DNA from: a virus
Taxonomy: Duplodnaviria > Caudoviricetes
Strand: one strand, 5' to 3'
Virus record (IMG/VR): IMGVR_UViG_3300044878_000188
Span: 1 to 50,880 of that record
DNA: 50,880 nt
The translations under genes and the position numbers were made by a program. Below the pieces are notes generated by a model. It did no database searches. It had not been told where the DNA came from and was given only the letters and a program-made list of their open reading frames with translations. Below, piece after piece: positions 1-8,191 of the stretch. How positions within the stretch are numbered: position 1 is the stretch's first letter; the number at the start of each line of letters is the position of its first letter.

Positions 1-283
1 CGCCGATTTGCTGCGAGCCGCGGTGCTCCATCAGCAGCGGCGCGCCCGAGCGCAAACGCGCCAGATCGACCGCATCTGCCGAGTGATCGAGCACCTCGTA
101 GCCGAAGTAACGACGCACGGGGTACTCACTAGAAACTGCAACCTCGACGGTGCGGGCCTCCAGGTTGATGGTCGACAGGTCGACCGCGAGCGCACGCTCG
201 AGGAGCTTTCCCGCGATCGTGCGCAGCACCGGCAACGGCGCAGGCTTACTCGTCGTCGTCGACGGGATCGTGCTTACGGTCAT
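1..283 (-). CDS. Prohead protease-major capsid fusion, 5' part (runs off the window)
   Basis: Near-identical to the start of 38074-39963 (MTVSTIPS...); ATG at 283 overlaps the portal 3' end. Confidence 0.8.
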   Translation of the reverse strand, partial: MTVSTIPSTTTSKPAPLPVLRTIAGKLLERALAVDLSTINLEARTVEVAVSSEYPVRRYFGYEVLDHSADAVDLARLRSGAPLLMEHRGSQQIG

Positions 284-1763
284 TGGTGTTTTCCGTGTTG
301 GTTGATGGGTCCGGCAGCAGCCCTTTTTTGCGCAGCAGCGCTTCCTCGGCCTCGATCTCGTCAAAGATCTGCTCGGGGTCGTCGCCGTTGGCTCGGATGT
401 ACTCGGAACGTGATTTGGTGCGGTTGGCGATGCTCTCGCTGGCTGCTTTTGCGTCCTTGAGAGGGTCGACCCAGTCCCAGCCACGGGCCTGCCAGGCCTG
501 CTCGCTGCAGCGCTCCATATCGCGCGGCGCGATTTTCAGAGCGCCTTTCAGCACAGCGCAGTCGAACCAGGTCGGGCCGATACGCTCGAGCAGGTCGCTG
601 ATAGCCATTTCTTGCGCGCACTTGTAAAAGTCGCGCTCGTCCAGTTCGCCAGATCGAAGCGAGGAGAAATTCACCCCCTCGAGATCGTTCGCCAGCCGGT
701 TGTAGCTGGGGCCGAGGCCACCGGCCGAACTGCGCTGGTTGTCCTTCACAAACGGCGCGTAGTCGCTACCAGGCGAGGCCGTCTGGTGCTGCTTGTAGCT
801 CAAGCCATACGGCAGCAAACGCGCAGTGCCGGCCTCGACGGTTTCGTAAACCTCCTCGTCAGTGCCTTCGTCTGGCGGGTCCAGCCACTCGGGGTTTTGC
901 TCGAAAAAGCCAGTGATCTTGGCCGACTGCTCAGCCTTTACCCGCGTAGCGCTTCGGAACTCCTCCAGGTGATGGATATCGAGAGCCGCCGCATGCGTCC
1001 AGGTGAACCCGCGCGCCTGGTGCGCTCGCCAGTTATCGAAGCTATGCACCAGGTCAGCGGCGGGGATTCGCTCGTATTTTTCCTCGGGGGTCTGGTAGAC
1101 GTCGCCGGGGTGACTGCGCAGGAGCCAATAAGCGATCGGGCGCTCGTATTGATCGAGCTCGACGCCCATTCGAATACGGTTGCCGTTGGTCAACATGGTG
1201 TTGAGGTTCAAGTCGAGGCGATCGGCCTCGAGGATCTGCACCGCAAAGCCCCACTTGTTCGGCCAGTTGCGATGGAGCCGCACCAGCACCTCACCGTCAC
1301 GCGCGAGCGTCTCGACCCACAGCCATAGAAAACTGACGTAGGAGTATCGCCCGGTGACGTCAAAGCTCCCCTTTTTGGTGAACTTGCCCCATTCCTTCTC
1401 GATCAGGCGCCGCACAATGCGATCGGGCGTGCCGTCTTTCAGCACCGCTTTCGACTGCAGGCGAATACCGTAGGGGCCGATTACGTTCTGTCGCAGCAGC
1501 CGATAAAAGCGCTTGAGCAACGAGGTATTGATCGACTGCTCGCGCGCCCTCTGGCGCAGCGTCTCGTGATCGCCGTAAATCTCCTGGTTGGCATCTGCGC
1601 CGCTCGACCTGGCCGACCAGCTGCTCGTCAGGCGGCCTTTGCCGGCCATCTTGAAGCCGCGACGACCGACAGTAGGTTCGCGACGCCCGGCGCCGGCGTC
1701 GAGCGCAGGCGTGCGCTTGCCGCCCAGGCCGAACCAGGACAACGCGCGTTTGAGCGGTTTCAT
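246..1763 (-). CDS. Portal protein, lambda family
   Basis: 505 aa; NFSSLRSG and WDWVDPLKD motifs; lies between adaptor and protease/capsid. Confidence 0.9.
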   Translation of the reverse strand: MKPLKRALSWFGLGGKRTPALDAGAGRREPTVGRRGFKMAGKGRLTSSWSARSSGADANQEIYGDHETLRQRAREQSINTSLLKRFYRLLRQNVIGPYGIRLQSKAVLKDGTPDRIVRRLIEKEWGKFTKKGSFDVTGRYSYVSFLWLWVETLARDGEVLVRLHRNWPNKWGFAVQILEADRLDLNLNTMLTNGNRIRMGVELDQYERPIAYWLLRSHPGDVYQTPEEKYERIPAADLVHSFDNWRAHQARGFTWTHAAALDIHHLEEFRSATRVKAEQSAKITGFFEQNPEWLDPPDEGTDEEVYETVEAGTARLLPYGLSYKQHQTASPGSDYAPFVKDNQRSSAGGLGPSYNRLANDLEGVNFSSLRSGELDERDFYKCAQEMAISDLLERIGPTWFDCAVLKGALKIAPRDMERCSEQAWQARGWDWVDPLKDAKAASESIANRTKSRSEYIRANGDDPEQIFDEIEAEEALLRKKGLLPDPSTNTENTNDRKHDPVDDDE

Positions 1764-1767
1764 AGGG

Positions 1768-2283
1768 CTATCTCAGTCGGAATTTAACGTGGCGGCCGCA
1801 GGGCCAGCGGCTTGATTTGGCCCGCTGAATCTCGCGCTGATACTTCGTTCGCAGTGTGTCCAGACGCTCGATCGGAATCCGGTCGAGGCGCATGCCGTCG
1901 ATTTCGTAGCTCTGCTGATCTTTCGGGATGCGCTTCTCGAGCGCAGCCTCGATCAGGCCGAGCATTTTCTGCGCGTGGGTCCGTGCGTCTGTCGGCTCGG
2001 CCGTCTCAAGGTTGGCCGAGACGTCCAGGGTGCCGGTGGCCACCGTCAGGCGCTGATCGCCTCGAAAGGCCAGAGCGACCCAGCGATAAAGGCCTGGCTG
2101 CCAGTTGGCAGTAGTCTCGGCGCTAACTTCGACCTGGTAAGGGGTTGTCTGCAGCGCCTCGACGACTTGGCGATCGGGACCGCTGAACACGTAGCGCAGC
2201 CCCCAACCGGCAGAAGCCGGGCGATCGGGCACGTCACGCGACCAGGCGGCAGAGTCGCCGGCATGAATTTGTGTCGGTTCCAT
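1768..2283 (-). CDS. Head-tail adaptor (gpW-like C-terminus)
   Basis: QSYEIDGMRL motif; lies between terL and portal; start trimmed to ATG 2283. Confidence 0.65.
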   Translation of the reverse strand: MEPTQIHAGDSAAWSRDVPDRPASAGWGLRYVFSGPDRQVVEALQTTPYQVEVSAETTANWQPGLYRWVALAFRGDQRLTVATGTLDVSANLETAEPTDARTHAQKMLGLIEAALEKRIPKDQQSYEIDGMRLDRIPIERLDTLRTKYQREIQRAKSSRWPCGRHVKFRLR

Positions 2284-2320
2284 TGGATTCACTCGACGCC
2301 GGCAGGCGGCGCCGACGGCG

Positions 2321-4360
2321 CTACCTGGTCGGCTTTTTAATGATTTTGAAACGACCACCACGGGCCTTGGCTGGCGGGGCGTCGGCCTTGCGTTGCCGGG
2401 CGGCAGGCTTAGCCGTTACTGGCGGCGGTCGCGGCGCTACAGGTGCCGGCGCCGTTTCTGGCTCGTCCTCCTGCAGATCCTCGTCGCCCTCCTCCCGCAC
2501 CGGCCCGGCCTTGATGGCAGGCATAAGCTCGACACGGGTCAGGGCGCCCAACTTGCGGCGCTGCAGCTTGTCGCGCAGCGCCATGATGTATTGCATCGCC
2601 TCGCAGTCGAGGGCGTGGTTTTCGCCAACCTGGACGAAAATCCCCTCGGCCTCGCGCCATTCCTCGCCGACAATCTCTTTGCAGTAACCCTCGGTTACTT
2701 GCTGGTGCAGCAGCCACCAGCCCGTGCGGGTGTCCTCGCGATTGAAGCGCCCGTGAACCCAGCGTTTCGCAAATGGGGAGTCGAACGCCCAGCGGGCGTC
2801 TCCACGCTTGCGCGTCTTACCCTTCTTGTCGACCTCGACGACCTCCTTTCGGAAAGGCTTATCGAGTCGGTCGCGACCACGCAGGGCAATCACCCGGTTT
2901 TTGTTGCCGTCGTTGATAAAGCGATAGACCTGGTCATCGCGATAACCAATGTCGATGCCGGTCATGCTGATTGAATGGCCGTCGTACTCAGTGTCGATTA
3001 GATCACTGAGCTGATCCCATACGCCGTCCTGGTCCGTTTCGCCCCATAGCTCGCCATGCTCCAGGAGCATCGAGCCCATACCGGCAAACCAGGCGCGCAC
3101 AACGTAGACAAGGCGTCGTTTCTGGACGTCAACCGTGCAGTAGATTTTCAGCGGCTCGAGCAGCAGCTCGCCCGCTTTGTATCCCCAGCACATAGACCTG
3201 ACTTGCTCCCAGGTCGGAACGTCGCCGGCCTGCGCGTAGCACTCGCCAAAACCCGTGTTATAGACGGCCAAAAGGTCTGCCGGATCGCCTGACAGCTGAG
3301 CCGCCAATAGATCCTTGGCCAACGCGCCATAGGTCTTTTTCGAGGAGAACGAGCACAAGCCCGACGCCGCGAAAGAGAAGTGAGTCGAGCCGGCCGTATC
3401 CGCGACGCCTGTTACCTCGCCGTCGCGGCTGATCGATTGACCAGGTGCAACGGCGCGGCCGCGCTCGTTCATCCAGGGGCGCCACTTGCTTTCGATCTGG
3501 CAGCCACTGGCGCCGCAGGTCAGCCGGGCGCCGCGCTGAGCTTCGTCAGGCGTACATTCGTTTTCCGATCCCTTGCCTGGCCACCAGAGCAGCCCCGACC
3601 AGGGAATAAAATACTCGCCGCACTCAGGGCACGGGACCGCCCACTCGTGACGGGTGCCGGACTGCCAGAGCTTCCAGACCGCAGAGCCGAGCGTCTTTAC
3701 TGAGGCGACGTCCCAATGCTCGAGACCCGACTTTTCGTGCCTCCGCTTGCTCACTCGGCCGTGCGTTGGCGTGGCCGTGTAGCCGATTTTCGACCCGTCG
3801 TAGGCGTCGCCTCGACGCTCGACCAGGCTCACCGTCGAGCCCTCGCCCGTGTTAACGATCCGATCGACCTCGTCGACCATAATCAGGCCGGCAGAGTCGG
3901 CCGACAGGCCAGAAGGCGAGCCCGCCCAAACGAAACGCAGCTTTGTGCCGGCGATCCATTTCACGAACGTTGTCGATTTTCGAACGTCCAGTTTTTTGGT
4001 CAACGACTCGCATTCGGCGATCATGTCGTCGAACTTCGGAACCACCGCATCTTTCAGCAGCGGCGCCGTCGGCGCGATGTACATGATCGGCGTCGGATCT
4101 TCGTCCATCCGGTGGCCAATGATGTTTTCCATCGTGACCGACTTGCCCATCTGCGTGGCCGTGATGAATGTCACCCGGTCAAAACAAGGCTGAGCAAAGG
4201 CCCACGAGACGGGGCGCATGTACGGGTTTACGTCAGGATTGAACGGGCCGGGCCGGGGCGAGCTGGGGGGCATGATGCGCTTGTCGCGCGCCCATTCGTC
4301 AGCTGTCCTCGGCGGCGGCGCCTGAACCAGGTTCGAGACGTAATGAATCGAGGCGATCAA
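2321..4360 (-). CDS. terL: Terminase large subunit, lambda GpA family
   Basis: Walker A TQMGKS, Walker B MVDEVD, CPEC motif, VDVQ nuclease motif, NHALDC; start uncertain (TTG 4360 or ATG 4465). Confidence 0.92.
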   Translation of the reverse strand: MIASIHYVSNLVQAPPPRTADEWARDKRIMPPSSPRPGPFNPDVNPYMRPVSWAFAQPCFDRVTFITATQMGKSVTMENIIGHRMDEDPTPIMYIAPTAPLLKDAVVPKFDDMIAECESLTKKLDVRKSTTFVKWIAGTKLRFVWAGSPSGLSADSAGLIMVDEVDRIVNTGEGSTVSLVERRGDAYDGSKIGYTATPTHGRVSKRRHEKSGLEHWDVASVKTLGSAVWKLWQSGTRHEWAVPCPECGEYFIPWSGLLWWPGKGSENECTPDEAQRGARLTCGASGCQIESKWRPWMNERGRAVAPGQSISRDGEVTGVADTAGSTHFSFAASGLCSFSSKKTYGALAKDLLAAQLSGDPADLLAVYNTGFGECYAQAGDVPTWEQVRSMCWGYKAGELLLEPLKIYCTVDVQKRRLVYVVRAWFAGMGSMLLEHGELWGETDQDGVWDQLSDLIDTEYDGHSISMTGIDIGYRDDQVYRFINDGNKNRVIALRGRDRLDKPFRKEVVEVDKKGKTRKRGDARWAFDSPFAKRWVHGRFNREDTRTGWWLLHQQVTEGYCKEIVGEEWREAEGIFVQVGENHALDCEAMQYIMALRDKLQRRKLGALTRVELMPAIKAGPVREEGDEDLQEDEPETAPAPVAPRPPPVTAKPAARQRKADAPPAKARGGRFKIIKKPTR

Positions 4361-4871
4361 CGTCCGCAGAGAGCTCACGTGATCGATGTTCGAGGCGCTC
4401 GGCAGTAGCTGCGCGGATTCGCCTCGTTTCTTCAAATAGTCGAGCTCGGATAAGGGCAGGGTCATCGATAATCGCCAGATCGGCAGCACACCGGCTCGGC
4501 AGCGCGTCGAGCTGCGTTGCGTACACTGCCGCGATGCTGGTGTTAAGGGTGACAAACGTCTCGTTCGGGATCAGTCGGCCGCGCACCTGGTCAATTTCGA
4601 GCTGTAGCTTTTCGCGCCTTGCACGCTTGAGCAACCGATCCTCAGTTGACGCAGAGCTGAGCCCCTCCTCGTCGTCGCCATCGTCGCCCATTTCCCGGCG
4701 CACTTCGCGCAGGATCAGCCATTCGATAGCGGCCTGACTGTCGATCTGGACGGCGACCCCTCGGCCCCCTCCCCCAGCGACTGGCAAACCTTCGTCGATC
4801 AACTTTGAGATCCAGCGCTCTGACTTACCCAGGAGATCGGCAAGGTCTTTTTTGCTGATCGTTTTGCCCAT
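4299..4871 (-). CDS. terS: Terminase small subunit (Nu1-like)
   Basis: N-terminal wHTH (SKKDLADLLGKSERWI..EGLP) followed by a coiled coil; lies between cos and terL. Confidence 0.85.
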   Translation of the reverse strand: MGKTISKKDLADLLGKSERWISKLIDEGLPVAGGGGRGVAVQIDSQAAIEWLILREVRREMGDDGDDEEGLSSASTEDRLLKRARREKLQLEIDQVRGRLIPNETFVTLNTSIAAVYATQLDALPSRCAADLAIIDDPALIRARLFEETRRIRAATAERLEHRSRELSADVDRLDSLRLEPGSGAAAEDS

Positions 4872-4875
4872 GGGA

Positions 4876-4947
4876 GAAAGGACCAAAAGAGAAAAAGTAT
4901 AAAAGTACAAAGGTACAAAAGTCCTTTCTGACCTTTGTCCTTTGTGC
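4876..4947. repeat. 8-bp-period array (CAAAGGTA/TACCTTTG family), two opposed blocks
   Basis: gaaaggac caaaagag aaaaagta taaaagta caaaggta caaaagtc, then ctttctga cctttgtc ctttgtgc. Confidence 0.75.
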
Positions 4948-5068
4948 TTTCGGAAAATTGGGTTGAGGCCCCGTCGTACCTGGCCGAGCGGTCAGGCTGG
5001 CGATGCAGGGCGGGGGGCCTCAAGTTCGGAAGTACGGACCCGACACGCGGGAAGTGACACGCGCGAAG

Positions 5069-5115
5069 CCCGCGAGTTAGTCACCCGTGAAGGGGGAGGG
5101 TCCGGGGGAGGACCC
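5069..5115 (-). other. cos site (cosQ plus cosN-like)
   Basis: Minus strand GGGTCCT-N17-TTCAC GGGTGACTAACT CGCGG resembles lambda GGGTCCT...TTACG GGGCGGCGACCT CGCGG; directly upstream of terS. Confidence 0.75.
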
Positions 5116-5133
5116 AAAATGCAGGGCGCACCA

Positions 5134-5604
5134 TCATGGTGCAGGGCGAGCGACCGCGGCCAGCTTGGCCCCATCGATCGACGCGACGCAGCAGCCTGTA
5201 GCGAAGTCGCCGACGAACATCTGGTCAGCGGCCACGCCGTCGCGCTTGTAGACCTCGAGGCCTGCGATCAATCCAACGCGCGCGGCCTGATGCAGGTTCT
5301 GCTTGAGTCGGTAGCCTTCGAGCTTCCAGAGCTCATCGGCGGCCAGCGCCTTGGCCTTGGATATAGCGGCGTCACGACCGAGCACCTCGCGGAAGTTCTC
5401 TGGACTCACGCACGCCGAAGTGCCCAACGCCACTACGAAGCCTGTCGCGTCGATGGCAGCCGCGACCGTTGTAGTCGTGCCTGGAATCACATACGTGTGA
5501 AAGCTCAGCTCTTTAGTAAGCGCCTCGATCTGCGCGAAGGCGATGCGGGGAGCGGTCAAACCGAGGGCCGTGATTTGCTGCTCGAGCGATTGATCGTTGC
5601 TCAT
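5134..5604 (-). CDS. N4 Gp49/Sf6 gp66-family protein (candidate Acb4-like nucleotide sponge)
   Basis: TAPRI..., GF.V.G.SACVSPENF...G, LWKLEGYRLK family motifs. Confidence 0.75.
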   Translation of the reverse strand: MSNDQSLEQQITALGLTAPRIAFAQIEALTKELSFHTYVIPGTTTTVAAAIDATGFVVALGTSACVSPENFREVLGRDAAISKAKALAADELWKLEGYRLKQNLHQAARVGLIAGLEVYKRDGVAADQMFVGDFATGCCVASIDGAKLAAVARPAP

Positions 5605-5645
5605 AGAAACCTTTCCAGGTGATAGGGGTAGACGCTGCCCAGGTC

Positions 5646-5673
5646 GTTATAACGGGCAAGTTCGGCATTTCAA
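5646..5673 (-). promoter_or_regulatory. Putative sigma70 promoter for the Gp49-family gene
   Basis: TTGAAA-N16-TATAAC on the minus strand, about 40 bp before the ATG. Confidence 0.45.
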
Positions 5674-5682
5674 GGGGAGGCC

Positions 5683-6201
5683 TTACGGCGGCGCCTGGCC
5701 ACCCTTGGCCGCGACTGCCTGGTATTGCTGCAACAGGCTCTGCAGCTTCGTCAGGCGCTCGGCGTTGACGTTGCACCTGGTGTAGTTTTCGGCGGTTGTT
5801 GCGGCGACGGTAGAGAGCGCAACTCCTGAGGGGGCTGCATCAGCGTCGCCGGCAGGATCAGGGGCTGGCAGAGGTCTGGCGGCGGCGGCGAGATCGTGCA
5901 CCCGCACAAAACCAGCGTTAACAGTGCAAGCGGCGTCAGCCTTAGCAGAGACATAAACCGGAACCTCTTTAATGATCGTGGCGCCGCGCTCCTTAATTAC
6001 CTGGACGCGATCGACGTATTCAGTGACGACGTTATCGCGCACCGTGCCCAACGCCTGGCCCTGCTCGAAAGCCTTGCTTAGGCGATCTAGCTCAGCCTGC
6101 GTTGCCTGGCCCTGCTCGTGATCGCCGCGCGCCATCCAGCCGAGGCCGAACAGCAGCGCACCGATCAGTGCCAGGCCAGCCAAACCGTAAAGACGACTCA
6201 T
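5683..6201 (-). CDS. rz: i-spanin
   Basis: N-terminal TM helix, periplasmic coiled coil with Cys residues, follows the endolysin. Confidence 0.85.
   Translation of the reverse strand: MSRLYGLAGLALIGALLFGLGWMARGDHEQGQATQAELDRLSKAFEQGQALGTVRDNVVTEYVDRVQVIKERGATIIKEVPVYVSAKADAACTVNAGFVRVHDLAAAARPLPAPDPAGDADAAPSGVALSTVAATTAENYTRCNVNAERLTKLQSLLQQYQAVAAKGGQAPP
5751..5954 (-). CDS. rz1: o-spanin lipoprotein embedded in rz
   Basis: Signal peptide with lipobox LCGC and a Pro-rich mature part; conserved in the second copy (45785-45982). Confidence 0.85.
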   Translation of the reverse strand: MSLLRLTPLALLTLVLCGCTISPPPPDLCQPLILPATLMQPPQELRSLPSPQQPPKTTPGATSTPSA

Positions 6202-6746
6202 AGGCCCACCCTGCAGAGTTCACGTTGTATTGAGCGGCGCACAACGATGCCGCCGCAGTCATTCGCCGCGATGCGGCAATCTTTGCCACCGACGTACACC
6301 CAGCGACCGAACTGCTCAGCGGTGCCGACCTGGTCGCCGGCATTGGCCCGGCGCAGAAGCGTGGACTTGGCCACCGCCCCGTGCCCGACGTTGTAGTGCA
6401 TGTCGGCGATAGCGATTTTGCAGAACAGCCCGACCGGGCCTGCTCGCTCCTGGACGAAATCGACGGAGTCGCCGAGGTCGCTCTGCAGGTACGCGGCGCA
6501 CTCCGGCTCAGTAGCCAGATCGCCGCGCCTTACTCCGGCCGTGTGGCCGGTGCAGATCGTCCAGACGCCGCCAGTGTCCGGGTACGCCTTGAATCGCGTC
6601 CCTTCCATTTCCGGCGTCAGCACCAGGAGGCCAGCAAAGATCGCCGCGCGCTCAACCGGCGCCGGCAAGCCTGTCTGATTGACCGTGAAACCGGCAGCAG
6701 CGAGCGAGAGCGTCACAGCAGCGACGATGCGCTGCAGGAGGGTCAT
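6198..6746 (-). CDS. Endolysin, GH24 lysozyme with hydrophobic (SAR-like) N-terminus
   Basis: E-x8-D-x5-T triad (EGTRFKAYPDTGGVWT), YNVG, STLLR and RW motifs. Confidence 0.9.
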   Translation of the reverse strand: MTLLQRIVAAVTLSLAAAGFTVNQTGLPAPVERAAIFAGLLVLTPEMEGTRFKAYPDTGGVWTICTGHTAGVRRGDLATEPECAAYLQSDLGDSVDFVQERAGPVGLFCKIAIADMHYNVGHGAVAKSTLLRRANAGDQVGTAEQFGRWVYVGGKDCRIAANDCGGIVVRRSIQRELCRVGL

Positions 6747-6994
6747 TGCTGGCCCCCTGAATCTCCCGGCACCTGGTCGCGCTTTCGAAGGCGAGCCCAG
6801 GCGAATTTAACGATCGGGTAAACCCAGCGACGGCCGACGCCGTCGAGCACCAGGAACACGGCATAAAACGCCATCAGGCGAATCGTCCATTCCTGATAGG
6901 TCAGGCCATAAATAAGCAGGCCGCCGCCCATGGGCGCGACCTTCGCCGCCTCGACCTTGGCCAGGCCGAGCAGGGAGATTTTTCCGTCATCCAC
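6743..6994 (-). CDS. Putative holin
   Basis: About 83 aa, hydrophobic segments, basic C-terminal tail, overlaps the endolysin start; GTG start inferred. Confidence 0.65.
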   Translation of the reverse strand: MDDGKISLLGLAKVEAAKVAPMGGGLLIYGLTYQEWTIRLMAFYAVFLVLDGVGRRWVYPIVKFAWARLRKRDQVPGDSGGQQ

Positions 6995-7014
6995 GAAAGG
7001 CGCACCCACAAAGT

Positions 7015-7036
7015 AAAAAGCCCGCACAGGGCGGGC
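7015..7036 (-). terminator. Intrinsic terminator upstream of the holin
   Basis: GCCCGC-loop-GCGGGC followed by T5 on the minus strand. Confidence 0.6.
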
Positions 7037-7072
7037 AAGGGAGGGAATAGGCCGAGGCCAGAAAGCAGGCGA

Positions 7073-7408
7073 TTACGACAGCAGCGCGTATGCCCGACCG
7101 AGGGTAATTCGAAGGTCGTACCCGTTTGCCAGGGCCGCCGCGCAGAAAGTGCGATTGCCTGGCGTGAACTCCAATTGACGCCGGTACGCCTCAACCTCGG
7201 ATCGCAGCCGATAGGCCCGCGAAAAACGGTAAAGCAGCCCATGAAGCCCGAACGTCCGCCAGAACTGGCGAACATGCACGCGCTCATGCTCGAGCAACCC
7301 CTGATCGCCTTTGAATTGCGGGCGAATGAATATGAATGGGCCGCGCGCAGCGCCCGCAAACGCTTTTCCAACCAGGCGATTGGTGTAAAACACAATAGAA
7401 GGAGGCAT
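7073..7408 (-). CDS. Small HExxH zincin-like protein
   Basis: 111 aa; LLEHERVHVRQ and a downstream EVEAY motif; conserved in the second copy. Confidence 0.7.
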   Translation of the reverse strand: MPPSIVFYTNRLVGKAFAGAARGPFIFIRPQFKGDQGLLEHERVHVRQFWRTFGLHGLLYRFSRAYRLRSEVEAYRRQLEFTPGNRTFCAAALANGYDLRITLGRAYALLS

Positions 7409-7532
7409 AGACAGAAGTCCTGCGAGTGCGGGAGGGCAGGCGAGCGCCTGCGCATTAAGAAGTGGCCGCGCATAGTGCGCGGCCGGGGCGGGCTTATTAA
7501 TTGCCGCCAAGATCAGCGAACGCCAGAAACGC

Positions 7533-7558
7533 AAAAGCCCGCTCAGGTGGCGGGCTTT
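7533..7558 (-). terminator. tR'-like terminator after the late promoter
   Basis: AAAGCCCGC-loop-GCGGGCTTTT; conserved at 47545-47570 with a different loop. Confidence 0.75.
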
Positions 7559-7581
7559 GTCGTATGTATCGCAGAGTGGAT

Positions 7582-7611
7582 AAAGTACCCTTTTTCGCGT
7601 TACTTTTGCAA
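7582..7611 (-). promoter_or_regulatory. pR'-like Q-dependent late promoter
   Basis: TTGCAA-N18-TACTTT, then a terminator; lies downstream of Q and upstream of lysis; conserved at 47594-47623. Confidence 0.65.
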
Positions 7612-7613
7612 GG

Positions 7614-7670
7614 GGTCTTTTTACCTTTTGCGCTTTTTTACTTTTGTACTTTTGGCCTTTTGGGCTTTTG
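7614..7670. repeat. 8-bp-period array adjoining the late promoter
   Basis: tacctttt gcgctttt ... tacttttg tacttttg gccttttg ggcttttg. Confidence 0.7.
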
Positions 7671-7869
7671 CCCAGTTCAAAATTCCAACCGGCTGCACGC
7701 CATCATCAACGACGCAGGCATCAGCCTTGCGCACAATGTTCACATATCCGGCCGGCTCTCTGCTGAGGTAGCAATCGTGCTCCTCTCGCAGGAATGGCAC
7801 CTCCTCGCCGACCAGGCCCGCGTACCACATCAATCTGTCACTACAGCCGGTAATTATTAGCCTGAGCAT
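7621..7869 (-). CDS. Hypothetical phage protein (absent from the second copy)
   Basis: 82 aa; ATG overlaps the stop of the upstream gene. Confidence 0.6.
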   Translation of the reverse strand: MLRLIITGCSDRLMWYAGLVGEEVPFLREEHDCYLSREPAGYVNIVRKADACVVDDGVQPVGILNWAKAQKAKSTKVKKRKR

Positions 7870-8189
7870 TATGACCTCACTGCACGAGCCCAGCCGGCTC
7901 GCGCTCCCTCGATAGTGGCGTAACCTTCGTCGACAAAGTCGCAGCAAGGGCAACGAGAGCCCCAGCGAGCCGACCGGATAAAGAACCGAGCAACCCCTTT
8001 CCCCTTGCACGTATGCGGCGGCAGATCTGGATCATTGACCAGGTGCCAGCTGGCGAGCGCCCTGACCTCGCTCGGATGCACCTCGCCCCTATTACTGCAG
8101 ATAGTGCAGACCCACAAAAATAGGCCAGAGCCAGGCTGGTGGCGTCGCTCAGGAGCTGCACCACAGTGCAGGCAGACAGGGGCGGTCAT
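7869..8189 (-). CDS. Double zinc-ribbon protein, Lar-like
   Basis: CLHCG..CTIC..A..SW, followed by a second C..CPCC..A..GW module. Confidence 0.6.
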   Translation of the reverse strand: MTAPVCLHCGAAPERRHQPGSGLFLWVCTICSNRGEVHPSEVRALASWHLVNDPDLPPHTCKGKGVARFFIRSARWGSRCPCCDFVDEGYATIEGARAGWARAVRS

Positions 8190-8191
8190 CG

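Larger units (their letters stand above)
1..5086 (-). mobile_element. Partial related phage copy (terS, terL, adaptor, portal, capsid 5' end)
   Basis: Colinear, non-identical repeat of 39681-44796; portal proteins differ at about 10 of 505 residues. Confidence 0.85.
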
